Below are positions 21,301 through 33,773 of a DNA stretch of 64,000 nucleotides, one piece after another. Origin of the DNA: a virus. Lineage: Duplodnaviria; Heunggongvirae; Uroviricota; Caudoviricetes. The stretch is taken from IMG/VR virus record IMGVR_UViG_2687453424_000001. One strand, written 5' to 3'. How positions within the stretch are numbered: the stretch's first letter is position 1; the number at the start of each line of letters is the position of its first letter. The position numbers were made by a program, and so were the translations under genes. Below the pieces are notes generated by a model. That model was not told the DNA's origin, searched no databases, and was given only the letters and a program-made list of their open reading frames with translations.

Positions 21301-22565
21301 NNNNNNNNNNNNNNNNNNNNNNNNNNNNNNNNNNNNNNNNNNNNNNNNNNNNNNNNNNNNNNNNNNNNNNNNNNNNNNNNNNNNNNNNNNNNNNNNNNNN
21401 NNNNNNNNNNNNNNNNNNNNNNNNNNNNNNNNNNNNNNNNNNNNNNNNNNNNNNNNNNNNNNNNNNNNNNNNNNNNNNNNNNNNNNNNNNNNNNNNNNNN
21501 NNNNNNNNNNNNNNNNNNNNNNNNNNNNNNNNNNNNNNNNNNNNNNNNNNNNNNNNNNNNNNNNNNNNNNNNNNNNNNNNNNNNNNNNNNNNNNNNNNNN
21601 NNNNNNNNNNNNNNNNNNNNNNNNNNNNNNNNNNNNNNNNNNNNNNNNNNNNNNNNNNNNNNNNNNNNNNNNNNNNNNNNNNNNNNNNNNNNNNNNNNNN
21701 NNNNNNNNNNNNNNNNNNNNNNNNNNNNNNNNNNNNNNNNNNNNNNNNNNNNNNNNNNNNNNNNNNNNNNNNNNNNNNNNNNNNNNNNNNNNNNNNNNNN
21801 NNNNNNNNNNNNNNNNNNNNNNNNNNNNNNNNNNNNNNNNNNNNNNNNNNNNNNNNNNNNNNNNNNNNNNNNNNNNNNNNNNNNNNNNNNNNNNNNNNNN
21901 NNNNNNNNNNNNNNNNNNNNNNNNNNNNNNNNNNNNNNNNNNNNNNNNNNNNNNNNNNNNNNNNNNNNNNNNNNNNNNNNNNNNNNNNNNNNNNNNNNNN
22001 NNNNNNNNNNNNNNNNNNNNNNNNNNNNNNNNNNNNNNNNNNNNNNNNNNNNNNNNNNNNNNNNNNNNNNNNNNNNNNNNNNNNNNNNNNNNNNNNNNNN
22101 NNNNNNNNNNNNNNNNNNNNNNNNNNNNNNNNNNNNNNNNNNNNNNNNNNNNNNNNNNNNNNNNNNNNNNNNNNNNNNNNNNNNNNNNNNNNNNNNNNNN
22201 NNNNNNNNNNNNNNNNNNNNNNNNNNNNNNNNNNNNNNNNNNNNNNNNNNNNNNNNNNNNNNNNNNNNNNNNNNNNNNNNNNNNNNNNNNNNNNNNNNNN
22301 NNNNNNNNNNNNNNNNNNNNNNNNNNNNNNNNNNNNNNNNNNNNNNNNNNNNNNNNNNNNNNNNNNNNNNNNNNNNNNNNNNNNNNNNNNNNNNNNNNNN
22401 NNNNNNNNNNNNNNNNNNNNNNNNNNNNNNNNNNNNNNNNNNNNNNNNNNNNNNNNNNNNNNNNNNNNNNNNNNNNNNNNNNNNNNNNNNNNNNNNNNNN
22501 NNNNNNNNNNNNNNNNNNNNNNNNNNNNNNNNNNNNNNNNNNNNNNNNNNNNNNNNNNNNNNNNN
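18372..22565. other. assembly gap (N run)
   Basis: uninterrupted run of N. Confidence 0.99.
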
Positions 22566-23229
22566 CTTTTTCCCTTTCCTGGTGCTGGTGGCTGTGTGTG
22601 CTGGCAGAAGCAATGTGGCTCCAAGGACTCAGCTCTGTACCACTGCAGGGGTTTCATGAAGCCGCTCTGCGAAAGCTCCGATACCCACCAGGGCTGTTAG
22701 ATGTAAGAGAGTTTCAGTGTCTGCACTCACAACTATGAAGATTGTGGCTGCAGAGCAGAGCTTCAGCGTGACTCTATCAGGATTTTTGCAGGAGTTTCTC
22801 AGCTGACAAATGCTATTTGAGGTGTAGAAATCCTAATTTTTGTAACTGAACGCGTGGTCAGTATTAGGACAGGAGAGATGAAAGGGCTTAGCAGCCCATG
22901 GATTAGTGCATAGTCTGGAGAGCTGCAGATTCCATCACTCTTGTTCCCAGCTGCCCTGCACTGGTCCTTGTGATGCCCAAAGTATTTCTGCACACACAGA
23001 TAAATTGAGAGAATAAAAGGAGAAAGAATGAGATAAAGAACAACTGGACTCTGGTGCCAGCTAGGGACCTCTGCTGTTGCAAAGGGCAGAACTTCTCCCT
23101 CGCATCCCAGGGTGCAACTGTGATAGACAGAGTAGGACACAGCCCTTGGAAGCAGAAGCAAAGGACTCTGAGTGCAGAGCGCCAACCCCAAGGGAAGGCT
23201 CCGCAATAGTCAGGACCCTACAGGAGAGC

Positions 23230-23700
23230 ATCTCTCTGCGTCCCAGGAGCCCAGCCCAGCTCAGCAGCAGAGGCCCAGCCCAAGGTGGCTCTGCCTCTGC
23301 CCGGCTGGGCACCATCCAGGGCTCCCTGGTGCTCCAGGGGAACACCATGGGAAACAGCCTGAAGCAAGCACTGATGTTCCCTCCCTCAGCTGGCAGACAC
23401 ACTGCCTGCCTGCAGTGTCATTTCTCTGATGAGAGACAGAGTTTGGTCTGAACAACAAGATTTTGTAGAATCATGGAACCATTTAGGCTGGAAAAGAACC
23501 TTAAGATCATTGAGTCCAACATTAACCAAACACTGGCAAGTCAACACATTAAGCATGTCCCTTAGAACATGTCTATTAAATACCTCCAGGGTTGATGACA
23601 AAACCACTTCTGCAGGCAGCCTGTTTCTTGTCCCATTATTAGACACCCTCTCACAGTAGAATGGGGTTTTGCTGAGCATGGCTCTTCCTGTGACCTATTC
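23230..23700. repeat. segment A of an inverted-repeat pair (partner at 46400-46878); includes a CR1 3' end at 23466-23660 (minus orientation)
   Basis: ORF 23061..23402 (minus) and ORF 46706.. (plus) both start MCLPAEG.NISACFRLFPMVFPWS.REPW. CR1 end tagaatcatggaaccatttaggctggaaaagaacc at 23466. Confidence 0.6.
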
Positions 23701-24141
23701 AAACTGACCCTAATGGACCAAAAAGAACTTTAATGTTCAAATCACCTCTTTTAAATACACTGAACCAACACATTTTGAGTGGGAAAAGGGACTCTTGTCT
23801 TTAGTCCCAGCAGTAAAACAAACTGAGAACACTAATCAAGAACAATCTTCCATTCAATCCATTCAGTCAACTTCATAGTATCCCAAAGGGAACTGCTCCT
23901 CAGGATGGAGCTGCACAAACCCACTGGCAGAAAACGGCATGCCTACCTACCGGGGTTTGCAGAGGAAGTGAAATTACCTGAAGGACAGACTGAAGTTTCC
24001 AAACTACTGCAGATGCCTGTAAATGCAGAGCCATCAGCGTTACAACAACCTTTCAAACCCTCAACAGGTTTAGAAGCACCTCCCTTCACCAAGGGAGCAC
24101 CAACAGAAAATACCTTGTTCACCGGTGCCTCAGCAAAAGGG

Positions 24142-25275
24142 ATCATAGAATCATAGAATCATCCAGGTTGGAAAAGACCTTTAAGCTCTTCCAGTTCAAC
24201 CCTTACCCCAGCACTGCCGAGGCCACCACTAACCCATGGCACTGAGGCCTCGTCTCCATGGAGTGTGAACACTCACAGGGACGGTGACTCCAGCCCTGCC
24301 CTGGGCAGCCTGTTCCAATGCCAGAGCACCCTCTGGGGAAGGAATTGTTCCTCAGCTCCATCTAAACCTGCCCTGGTGCAGCTTGAGGCCGTTTCCTCTT
24401 GTCCCATCCCTTGTTCCTTGGGAGCAGAGCCCAGCCTCTCCTGGCTCCATCCTCCTGTCAGGCAGTTGTAGGGAGCGATCAGGTCCCCCCTGAGCCTTCT
24501 CTTCTCCAGACTGAACCCCCCAGGTCCCTCAGCCGTTCTCCATCACACTGTGCTCCAGGCCCTGCACCAGCTCCGGTGCCCTTCTCTGGCCCCGCTCCAG
24601 CACCTCAATGTCTCTCTTGTTAGTCAGGGACCCAGAGCTGAACACAGGATCCGAGGTGCAGCCTCACCAGTGCCCAGTGCAGGACACAACCACTGCCCTG
24701 GCCCTGCTGCCGCACTGGTGCTGATCCAGGCCAGGATGCTGGTGGCTTCCTGGCTGCCTGGGCACAAGCTGCTCCTGTTCAGCTCCATCAATCAGCACCC
24801 CCAGCTCCTTTCCCATGAGCAGTTTCCAACCGCTCTTCCCCAAGCCTGGAGCATTGCAGGGGGTTGTTGTGGCCCAAGTGCAGGAGCCAGCACTTTGCCT
24901 TCTGGAACCTCATCCCATTGGCCACAGCCCATGGATGCAGCCTGTCCAGATCCCTCTGCAGAGCTTCCTACCCTCCAGCAGATCAATGTTCCCACCTGAT
25001 TTGGTGTCATCTGCAAATTTACACATCCCAGTATGGAGCAGTATGGACCAGTTTGCACCAGTACAGACCAATATAGGCCACTATGGCCCCAGATATTGCT
25101 GGGGTTTCAATATCCCAGTGCTCCCAGTCCCTGCTGCAGGTCTTCTCATTTGCAGCCATGCTCAACTCCCAATCCCTCCCAGTGCTCCCACTACCTGCTG
25201 CAGGTGCTCCCAATCCCTCTCAGTCCTCCCCAGTCCCTCCCAGTGCTCCCAGTCCCTGCCACCGGTGCTCCTTCT
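24142..25275 (-). mobile_element. CR1 LINE 3' portion (3' terminus at about 24142), degenerate, continuing into the gap
   Basis: atcatagaatcatagaatcatccaggttggaaaagacc at 24142; 24300-25020 has the same sequence pattern as 8005-8700. Confidence 0.6.
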
Positions 25276-28200
25276 NNNNNNNNNNNNNNNNNNNNNNNNN
25301 NNNNNNNNNNNNNNNNNNNNNNNNNNNNNNNNNNNNNNNNNNNNNNNNNNNNNNNNNNNNNNNNNNNNNNNNNNNNNNNNNNNNNNNNNNNNNNNNNNNN
25401 NNNNNNNNNNNNNNNNNNNNNNNNNNNNNNNNNNNNNNNNNNNNNNNNNNNNNNNNNNNNNNNNNNNNNNNNNNNNNNNNNNNNNNNNNNNNNNNNNNNN
25501 NNNNNNNNNNNNNNNNNNNNNNNNNNNNNNNNNNNNNNNNNNNNNNNNNNNNNNNNNNNNNNNNNNNNNNNNNNNNNNNNNNNNNNNNNNNNNNNNNNNN
25601 NNNNNNNNNNNNNNNNNNNNNNNNNNNNNNNNNNNNNNNNNNNNNNNNNNNNNNNNNNNNNNNNNNNNNNNNNNNNNNNNNNNNNNNNNNNNNNNNNNNN
25701 NNNNNNNNNNNNNNNNNNNNNNNNNNNNNNNNNNNNNNNNNNNNNNNNNNNNNNNNNNNNNNNNNNNNNNNNNNNNNNNNNNNNNNNNNNNNNNNNNNNN
25801 NNNNNNNNNNNNNNNNNNNNNNNNNNNNNNNNNNNNNNNNNNNNNNNNNNNNNNNNNNNNNNNNNNNNNNNNNNNNNNNNNNNNNNNNNNNNNNNNNNNN
25901 NNNNNNNNNNNNNNNNNNNNNNNNNNNNNNNNNNNNNNNNNNNNNNNNNNNNNNNNNNNNNNNNNNNNNNNNNNNNNNNNNNNNNNNNNNNNNNNNNNNN
26001 NNNNNNNNNNNNNNNNNNNNNNNNNNNNNNNNNNNNNNNNNNNNNNNNNNNNNNNNNNNNNNNNNNNNNNNNNNNNNNNNNNNNNNNNNNNNNNNNNNNN
26101 NNNNNNNNNNNNNNNNNNNNNNNNNNNNNNNNNNNNNNNNNNNNNNNNNNNNNNNNNNNNNNNNNNNNNNNNNNNNNNNNNNNNNNNNNNNNNNNNNNNN
26201 NNNNNNNNNNNNNNNNNNNNNNNNNNNNNNNNNNNNNNNNNNNNNNNNNNNNNNNNNNNNNNNNNNNNNNNNNNNNNNNNNNNNNNNNNNNNNNNNNNNN
26301 NNNNNNNNNNNNNNNNNNNNNNNNNNNNNNNNNNNNNNNNNNNNNNNNNNNNNNNNNNNNNNNNNNNNNNNNNNNNNNNNNNNNNNNNNNNNNNNNNNNN
26401 NNNNNNNNNNNNNNNNNNNNNNNNNNNNNNNNNNNNNNNNNNNNNNNNNNNNNNNNNNNNNNNNNNNNNNNNNNNNNNNNNNNNNNNNNNNNNNNNNNNN
26501 NNNNNNNNNNNNNNNNNNNNNNNNNNNNNNNNNNNNNNNNNNNNNNNNNNNNNNNNNNNNNNNNNNNNNNNNNNNNNNNNNNNNNNNNNNNNNNNNNNNN
26601 NNNNNNNNNNNNNNNNNNNNNNNNNNNNNNNNNNNNNNNNNNNNNNNNNNNNNNNNNNNNNNNNNNNNNNNNNNNNNNNNNNNNNNNNNNNNNNNNNNNN
26701 NNNNNNNNNNNNNNNNNNNNNNNNNNNNNNNNNNNNNNNNNNNNNNNNNNNNNNNNNNNNNNNNNNNNNNNNNNNNNNNNNNNNNNNNNNNNNNNNNNNN
26801 NNNNNNNNNNNNNNNNNNNNNNNNNNNNNNNNNNNNNNNNNNNNNNNNNNNNNNNNNNNNNNNNNNNNNNNNNNNNNNNNNNNNNNNNNNNNNNNNNNNN
26901 NNNNNNNNNNNNNNNNNNNNNNNNNNNNNNNNNNNNNNNNNNNNNNNNNNNNNNNNNNNNNNNNNNNNNNNNNNNNNNNNNNNNNNNNNNNNNNNNNNNN
27001 NNNNNNNNNNNNNNNNNNNNNNNNNNNNNNNNNNNNNNNNNNNNNNNNNNNNNNNNNNNNNNNNNNNNNNNNNNNNNNNNNNNNNNNNNNNNNNNNNNNN
27101 NNNNNNNNNNNNNNNNNNNNNNNNNNNNNNNNNNNNNNNNNNNNNNNNNNNNNNNNNNNNNNNNNNNNNNNNNNNNNNNNNNNNNNNNNNNNNNNNNNNN
27201 NNNNNNNNNNNNNNNNNNNNNNNNNNNNNNNNNNNNNNNNNNNNNNNNNNNNNNNNNNNNNNNNNNNNNNNNNNNNNNNNNNNNNNNNNNNNNNNNNNNN
27301 NNNNNNNNNNNNNNNNNNNNNNNNNNNNNNNNNNNNNNNNNNNNNNNNNNNNNNNNNNNNNNNNNNNNNNNNNNNNNNNNNNNNNNNNNNNNNNNNNNNN
27401 NNNNNNNNNNNNNNNNNNNNNNNNNNNNNNNNNNNNNNNNNNNNNNNNNNNNNNNNNNNNNNNNNNNNNNNNNNNNNNNNNNNNNNNNNNNNNNNNNNNN
27501 NNNNNNNNNNNNNNNNNNNNNNNNNNNNNNNNNNNNNNNNNNNNNNNNNNNNNNNNNNNNNNNNNNNNNNNNNNNNNNNNNNNNNNNNNNNNNNNNNNNN
27601 NNNNNNNNNNNNNNNNNNNNNNNNNNNNNNNNNNNNNNNNNNNNNNNNNNNNNNNNNNNNNNNNNNNNNNNNNNNNNNNNNNNNNNNNNNNNNNNNNNNN
27701 NNNNNNNNNNNNNNNNNNNNNNNNNNNNNNNNNNNNNNNNNNNNNNNNNNNNNNNNNNNNNNNNNNNNNNNNNNNNNNNNNNNNNNNNNNNNNNNNNNNN
27801 NNNNNNNNNNNNNNNNNNNNNNNNNNNNNNNNNNNNNNNNNNNNNNNNNNNNNNNNNNNNNNNNNNNNNNNNNNNNNNNNNNNNNNNNNNNNNNNNNNNN
27901 NNNNNNNNNNNNNNNNNNNNNNNNNNNNNNNNNNNNNNNNNNNNNNNNNNNNNNNNNNNNNNNNNNNNNNNNNNNNNNNNNNNNNNNNNNNNNNNNNNNN
28001 NNNNNNNNNNNNNNNNNNNNNNNNNNNNNNNNNNNNNNNNNNNNNNNNNNNNNNNNNNNNNNNNNNNNNNNNNNNNNNNNNNNNNNNNNNNNNNNNNNNN
28101 NNNNNNNNNNNNNNNNNNNNNNNNNNNNNNNNNNNNNNNNNNNNNNNNNNNNNNNNNNNNNNNNNNNNNNNNNNNNNNNNNNNNNNNNNNNNNNNNNNNN

Positions 28201-29433
28201 NNNNNNNNNNNNNNNNNNNNNNNNNNNNNNNNNNNNNNNNNNNNNNNNNNNNNNNNNNNNNNNNNNNNNNNNNNNNNNNNNNNNNNNNNNNNNNNNNNNN
28301 NNNNNNNNNNNNNNNNNNNNNNNNNNNNNNNNNNNNNNNNNNNNNNNNNNNNNNNNNNNNNNNNNNNNNNNNNNNNNNNNNNNNNNNNNNNNNNNNNNNN
28401 NNNNNNNNNNNNNNNNNNNNNNNNNNNNNNNNNNNNNNNNNNNNNNNNNNNNNNNNNNNNNNNNNNNNNNNNNNNNNNNNNNNNNNNNNNNNNNNNNNNN
28501 NNNNNNNNNNNNNNNNNNNNNNNNNNNNNNNNNNNNNNNNNNNNNNNNNNNNNNNNNNNNNNNNNNNNNNNNNNNNNNNNNNNNNNNNNNNNNNNNNNNN
28601 NNNNNNNNNNNNNNNNNNNNNNNNNNNNNNNNNNNNNNNNNNNNNNNNNNNNNNNNNNNNNNNNNNNNNNNNNNNNNNNNNNNNNNNNNNNNNNNNNNNN
28701 NNNNNNNNNNNNNNNNNNNNNNNNNNNNNNNNNNNNNNNNNNNNNNNNNNNNNNNNNNNNNNNNNNNNNNNNNNNNNNNNNNNNNNNNNNNNNNNNNNNN
28801 NNNNNNNNNNNNNNNNNNNNNNNNNNNNNNNNNNNNNNNNNNNNNNNNNNNNNNNNNNNNNNNNNNNNNNNNNNNNNNNNNNNNNNNNNNNNNNNNNNNN
28901 NNNNNNNNNNNNNNNNNNNNNNNNNNNNNNNNNNNNNNNNNNNNNNNNNNNNNNNNNNNNNNNNNNNNNNNNNNNNNNNNNNNNNNNNNNNNNNNNNNNN
29001 NNNNNNNNNNNNNNNNNNNNNNNNNNNNNNNNNNNNNNNNNNNNNNNNNNNNNNNNNNNNNNNNNNNNNNNNNNNNNNNNNNNNNNNNNNNNNNNNNNNN
29101 NNNNNNNNNNNNNNNNNNNNNNNNNNNNNNNNNNNNNNNNNNNNNNNNNNNNNNNNNNNNNNNNNNNNNNNNNNNNNNNNNNNNNNNNNNNNNNNNNNNN
29201 NNNNNNNNNNNNNNNNNNNNNNNNNNNNNNNNNNNNNNNNNNNNNNNNNNNNNNNNNNNNNNNNNNNNNNNNNNNNNNNNNNNNNNNNNNNNNNNNNNNN
29301 NNNNNNNNNNNNNNNNNNNNNNNNNNNNNNNNNNNNNNNNNNNNNNNNNNNNNNNNNNNNNNNNNNNNNNNNNNNNNNNNNNNNNNNNNNNNNNNNNNNN
29401 NNNNNNNNNNNNNNNNNNNNNNNNNNNNNNNNN
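25276..29433. other. assembly gap (N run)
   Basis: uninterrupted run of N. Confidence 0.99.
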
Positions 29434-30047
29434 ACCCCAAATCAGGCACCCTCCCACTCTGGGTCTGCCCCCCCCAGTCCCTGATATGGGGGGGCGTGGG
29501 GGTGGTGGGGGTGTTGGAATGCCACATGGAGTGTGGTATGGGGACAACAAGGAGCGTTTTGGTACTGGTGGCTTTGGGGGGAGCAGCTTTGTGGGGGCAT
29601 CCCCATTTGGGGTGGGGGTGCTTGGAGGGGCACTTCCAGGATTTGGTTCCCTGGGTTCATTTGGGAGGGCCCGAGGTGATGGTGGGGTGCAGGTCACTTT
29701 TGGGCTGCCCCAGGATCCCCATTTGTGGGTCCTGTCTGCTCTTGTGGTGCTTCAGGAAGATTTGGGGTACCCCAGGATTTTGGGTGGCACCGCAACTGGT
29801 TTGGGTGCCTCCAGGGCCCTTGGGGGGGGCAGCGTGGGTTTGGGGTGCCCCTTATTTGGGGTGCCCCCAGTGGTTTTGAAGTCCCAGAGCACCTTAGGGG
29901 ACCCCCAGGGCGGTGCTGGGGGAACCTTTCTTTTTAGGACACCCCTTTTTTAGTGAATTTGTGCCACTGAGCTGAGCCGGGGCAGCTTTGGAGCTGTGGG
30001 CTTTGGGTTTGGGGAGATTTTGGGGGATCCTGGGAGGATTTTGGGGA
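29434..30047. repeat. G-rich degenerate tandem repeat (about 40 bp period; tttggggtgcccc / ggattttgggg motifs)
   Basis: Repeated motifs seen directly; the ORFs here are Gly/Trp/Pro-rich translation artefacts. Confidence 0.45.
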
Positions 30048-30597
30048 TTCAGGCTGGTCCCCTTTCCTGGTTTAGCAGTAGCAGTCATTTTTTCTACTGG
30101 TGCAGTGCTGTGTTTTGACTTTCGACCTGGGAATAATACTGATAAAGCTGATGTTTTCAGTTGTGGGTCAGAATGTTTACCCTGACCAAGGACTTTGTGA
30201 GTCTCATGCTGTGCCAGGGAGGAGGAGAAGCCGGGAGGAAGCAGAGACAGGACACCTGACCCAAACTAGCCAAAGAGGTATTCCATACCACAGCACGTCA
30301 TGCCCAGGATGTAGAATGGAGAGGGCCCGGAAGGGCTAGATGACTGCGGGGTGAGGTACCGGTTGGTGAGCGATTGTATTCTCTTCCTTGTTATTTCCTT
30401 TATCATTATTACTATTAGTGGTAGCAGTAGTGATTTGTGTTATACCTTAGTTATTAAACTGTTCTTATCTCAACCCGTGGGAGTTGCATTCTTTCGATTC
30501 TCCTCCCCATCCCTCCAGGAGCGGAGGGAAGAAAGGTGTGGGGGGGAAGTAGACTGCGTGGTTCTGATTTATGGCCTGGGCTTAAACCACAACATCC
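30048..30597 (-). mobile_element. LTR (family L), copy 1, minus orientation
   Basis: Reverse complement matches the copy at 31296-31836 end to end; ORF 30100..30339 and ORF 31589..31786 (minus) give near-identical peptides (HA.PGRR.SREEA.TGHLTQ.SQRGIPYHSTSCPG). Confidence 0.65.
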
Positions 30598-31295
30598 CCA
30601 AAATGCCTCTGGGTGGCTCAGTTATTTGGGGGATTCCTCATCTCCTGCAAATAGGGGTCCATCAATCCCAGGGCAGCTGAATCTCCTTGGATGCCCTAGG
30701 GAGCCCCGTTGCCATAAATTGGAGGAATTTTGGGGTTTGGAGTCATTTGGGGGTTCAAGGAACGTTTGGAGGTTTGGCAGGGGTCCCCAAAACTCGCTGT
30801 AGGAGGCACATTATATTGGGAGATCTCCCATATACCGAAAACGGGGGATACCTGGGTCTCAGGTCACATTGGGTGAGCAATGATCCCTCAGAGTGGTGAT
30901 GTGTTGAGGGGAAGAGTTTGGGGCTCAGAGGGGATTTGGGCATTGGGGGAGATCCTCAAAGCTCCCGGGGTGAAGAGCAACGGAACGGCCAGGTACAAGT
31001 CCACTGCCACGTCCATCCCGCCCTGCTGCCAGAGCCCGCTCCTATTACAAGTCATTACCATAAAGTACAATGAAACAAGAACCTTAGCCCAAGGCCCACA
31101 CTTGGTAAACACTAACACAGCAAATACTGGCTGTAAGTAAGGTACAACATGCTGAAACTGTGACATCAAAACCAACAACTTTGAGAGCCAATAAATCAGC
31201 ATTGTGATGAGTGCTTTTCACAAATACGGTTAGACACACTCCGGTCAGATCTGTCGTTATCTCAACCTTTCATGCCCCACGTTGGGCACCAAAAA

Positions 31296-31836
31296 AGAAC
31301 TGTCGTGGTTTAAACCCAGTCAGCCATCAATCAGCCACACAGTCTCTCCCCCCACTTCTTTCCCTCCCCCTGCTCCCGGAGGGATAGGAAGGAGAATTGA
31401 AAGAATGTAACTCCCACAGGTTGAGGTAAGAACAGTTTAGCAACTAAGGTATAACACAAATCACTACTGCTACCACCAATAATAATAGTGATAAAGGAAA
31501 TAACAAGGGAAGAGAATACAACACCTCACCACCCGCCAACCGATAACTCACCCCCACCCAGCAGTGATCCAGCCCTTCCGGGTAACTCTCAGTTACCTCC
31601 CGGGCATGACGTGCTGTGGTATGGAATACCTCTCTGGCTAGGTTGGGTCAGGTGTCCTGTCCCTGCTTCCTCCCGGCTTCCCCTCCTCCCTGGCAGAGCA
31701 TGAGACTCAGAAAGTCCTTGGTCAGACCAAACATCGGTGTTATCAGCTCTGTTCCCAGGCTGAAAGTCAAAAACACAGCGCTGCACCAGGTACTAAGGAG
31801 AAAAAATGACTGCTACTTCTGAACCAGGACAGCACC
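31296..31836 (+). mobile_element. LTR (family L), copy 2, plus orientation
   Basis: Starts tgtcgtggtttaaaccc and ends ..gaaccaggaca; partial copies at 6140-6317 and about 39480-39980. Confidence 0.65.
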
Positions 31837-31839
31837 AAG

Positions 31840-32280
31840 TGACACCAAGTGACCCTCCAGACCTACAACTGCCCCCCAAAGTGACACCCCAGATCCACAA
31901 CTGCCTCCCCAGTTACCTGAAGGAGATTCCTCAGACCCACATCCGCCCCAAGTGACCCCACAGTGACCCCACATACCCACAACTGCCCCCCAAGTGACCC
32001 ACCCACACCCACAACTGCCCCCAGTGACCCCAAAGAGACCTCTCAGACCCACAGCTGATGCCCAAATGATACCCCAGACCTACAACTGCCATCCAAGTGA
32101 CCCTCCAGACCCACAAGTGCCCCCCACGTGACCCCAAAATAACTCCTCAGACCCACAACTGACCTACAAGTGATCCCAAGTGACCCCCATTACCTACAAC
32201 TGCCCCCAAGGTGACCACCAAGTGACCCCCCAGACCCACAACTGCCCCCCCAGTGACCTCAAAGAGACCGCTCAGAACAT
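31840..32280. repeat. tandem repeat, degenerate ~41 bp unit (cagacccacaactgccccccaagtgacccc), about 11 copies
   Basis: Periodic repetition seen directly; minus-strand ORF 31813..32052 is its translation. Confidence 0.7.
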
Positions 32281-33077
32281 GCTGCTCAGGCAGTAGACTT
32301 GCAGCTGCTTTCCTATGTTAGGAAATTGAAATGACTTTTGCCTAGCTAGAAGGATGGGATTATTTAGTTTGCTTCTTGGATCAGTTTGAAGTCAAGATCC
32401 TCACCTCTTTGTATACAGAGACAGAGGTTTGCACTCTGCAGAAGTGAAGATTCTGATGAGGTGAGGTGGTAAAAGGCAGAAGCTCCCTCCTGAATAGACT
32501 TAATGCTCTGTAAACACCAATGTATTGAAACAGAAATGGAATCATAGGAAGGACTCTAAGACACTCAGATTTATTCCACAAGAAGGCTTCTTGTGCAAAC
32601 ACGGCTCAGAATAAATCTGAACTCCAGCCTTTAAGTGCTACTTCCAAAAGAAACAGGGGAAAAATGGTCAAGAAGATTTTTAGAATTATTTCTTTTATGT
32701 ATCTCGAGCTAATCAAAAGATCCAGATTGTTGCTGAGATGTTAAAACCAATGAACAGATCAGCTGTGTAATCAAAAGAGGTGCACGCACGACTCAAGAGA
32801 GTTTCTCCTTCTTGCCTTTTTGTGCCAGGAGGCTGGTAATACCTTCTGACAGCCAAAGATCTCCGTGTCCTGACATACTGTCACTGGAGCTGTCTTTATT
32901 TCCAGCCAAACAAGGGGCAGGACAACTGCACCCAGTGAACAGTAACCAATAAAAACTCTCCTTTGAATTAATGCCCTTTTGCACTTCAGGCCTGCCCTGA
33001 AATGTGAAGGCTCTTTATTTTGACCTTAGCCTGGTAAGCAGATGGGAAGTCACCCAAGTGTTTGCTCACATACCTAA

Positions 33078-33428
33078 AATAGGGAAATGGGGCTTCTTTT
33101 GGTTAGTGCCTGTGTCACATCAGGCTGTTATGTTTTCATAGTGGGGTCCTATGTGCAGATCTTCAGGGCCGTGCTGAGGATCCCCTCTGAGCAGGGACCC
33201 CACAAAGCCTTTCCCACGTGCCTCCCTCACCTGGACGTGCTCTCCCTGTTTGTCAGCACTGGTACCTTTGCCTACCTAAAGCCCCTCTCCGTCTCCTCTG
33301 CCTCCCAGGATCTGGCTATGGTGGTGCTGTACTCAGTGTTGCCTCCAGCAGGAAACCCCCTCATCTGCAGCCTGAGAAACCAGGAGCTCAAGGATGCTCT
33401 GAGGAAGCTGGTGACCAGATGCGTTTGA
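33078..33428 (+). pseudogene. olfactory receptor fragment (C-terminal TM5-TM7 third only); truncated, probably pseudogene
   Basis: ORF 33087..33428: LRIPSEQGPHKAFPTCLPHLDVLSLF ... NPLICSLRNQELKDALRKL fits the olfactory-receptor C-terminal pattern (LRIPS..KAFSTC..HL.VV.LFY..NPLIYSLRN). In-frame TAA at 33075-33077 and no upstream TM1-TM4 in any frame. Confidence 0.65.
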
Positions 33429-33773
33429 GCAGCCATACACTGCTTGCTTTACCCTGGAAACGGTTTCCATTGTAGATCATGACAGACCACGTCTGTCTTT
33501 GCTGCTTTACAGTTCTTTTCCTTTTTCCACTTGAGAAGTTGCTGTCTTCAAAAAAGGTCAGTTTTCATCACCTCCTACTTGTCTGACCCACAGACTTTGT
33601 ATCAATAGAGGTCCCTTTTTGTATGTAAGCACAATAAACCATCCTGCAGCAACTTCTCTGTGCTATGTACTCACATGGCAGGAATGAAAGGGAATGAAAT
33701 CAGCTTTCTGGCTGCTCCAGCTCTGGGATGGCTGCTCTGTGCCTGGAGCAGAAGAGCTCTTGGAGAGCCTGGC

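Noticed and set aside
29434-30047. Gly/Trp/Pro-rich ORFs (e.g. 29442..29660, 29725..29937) as coding sequence
   Set aside because: They are translations of a G-rich tandem repeat on several frames and strands.
31840-32280. Regularly spaced ~41-bp repeats (and the sopC repeats at 61352-61435) as CRISPR arrays
   Set aside because: Units are degenerate with no unique spacers; the context is eukaryotic repeat DNA or known vector partition site; no cas genes.
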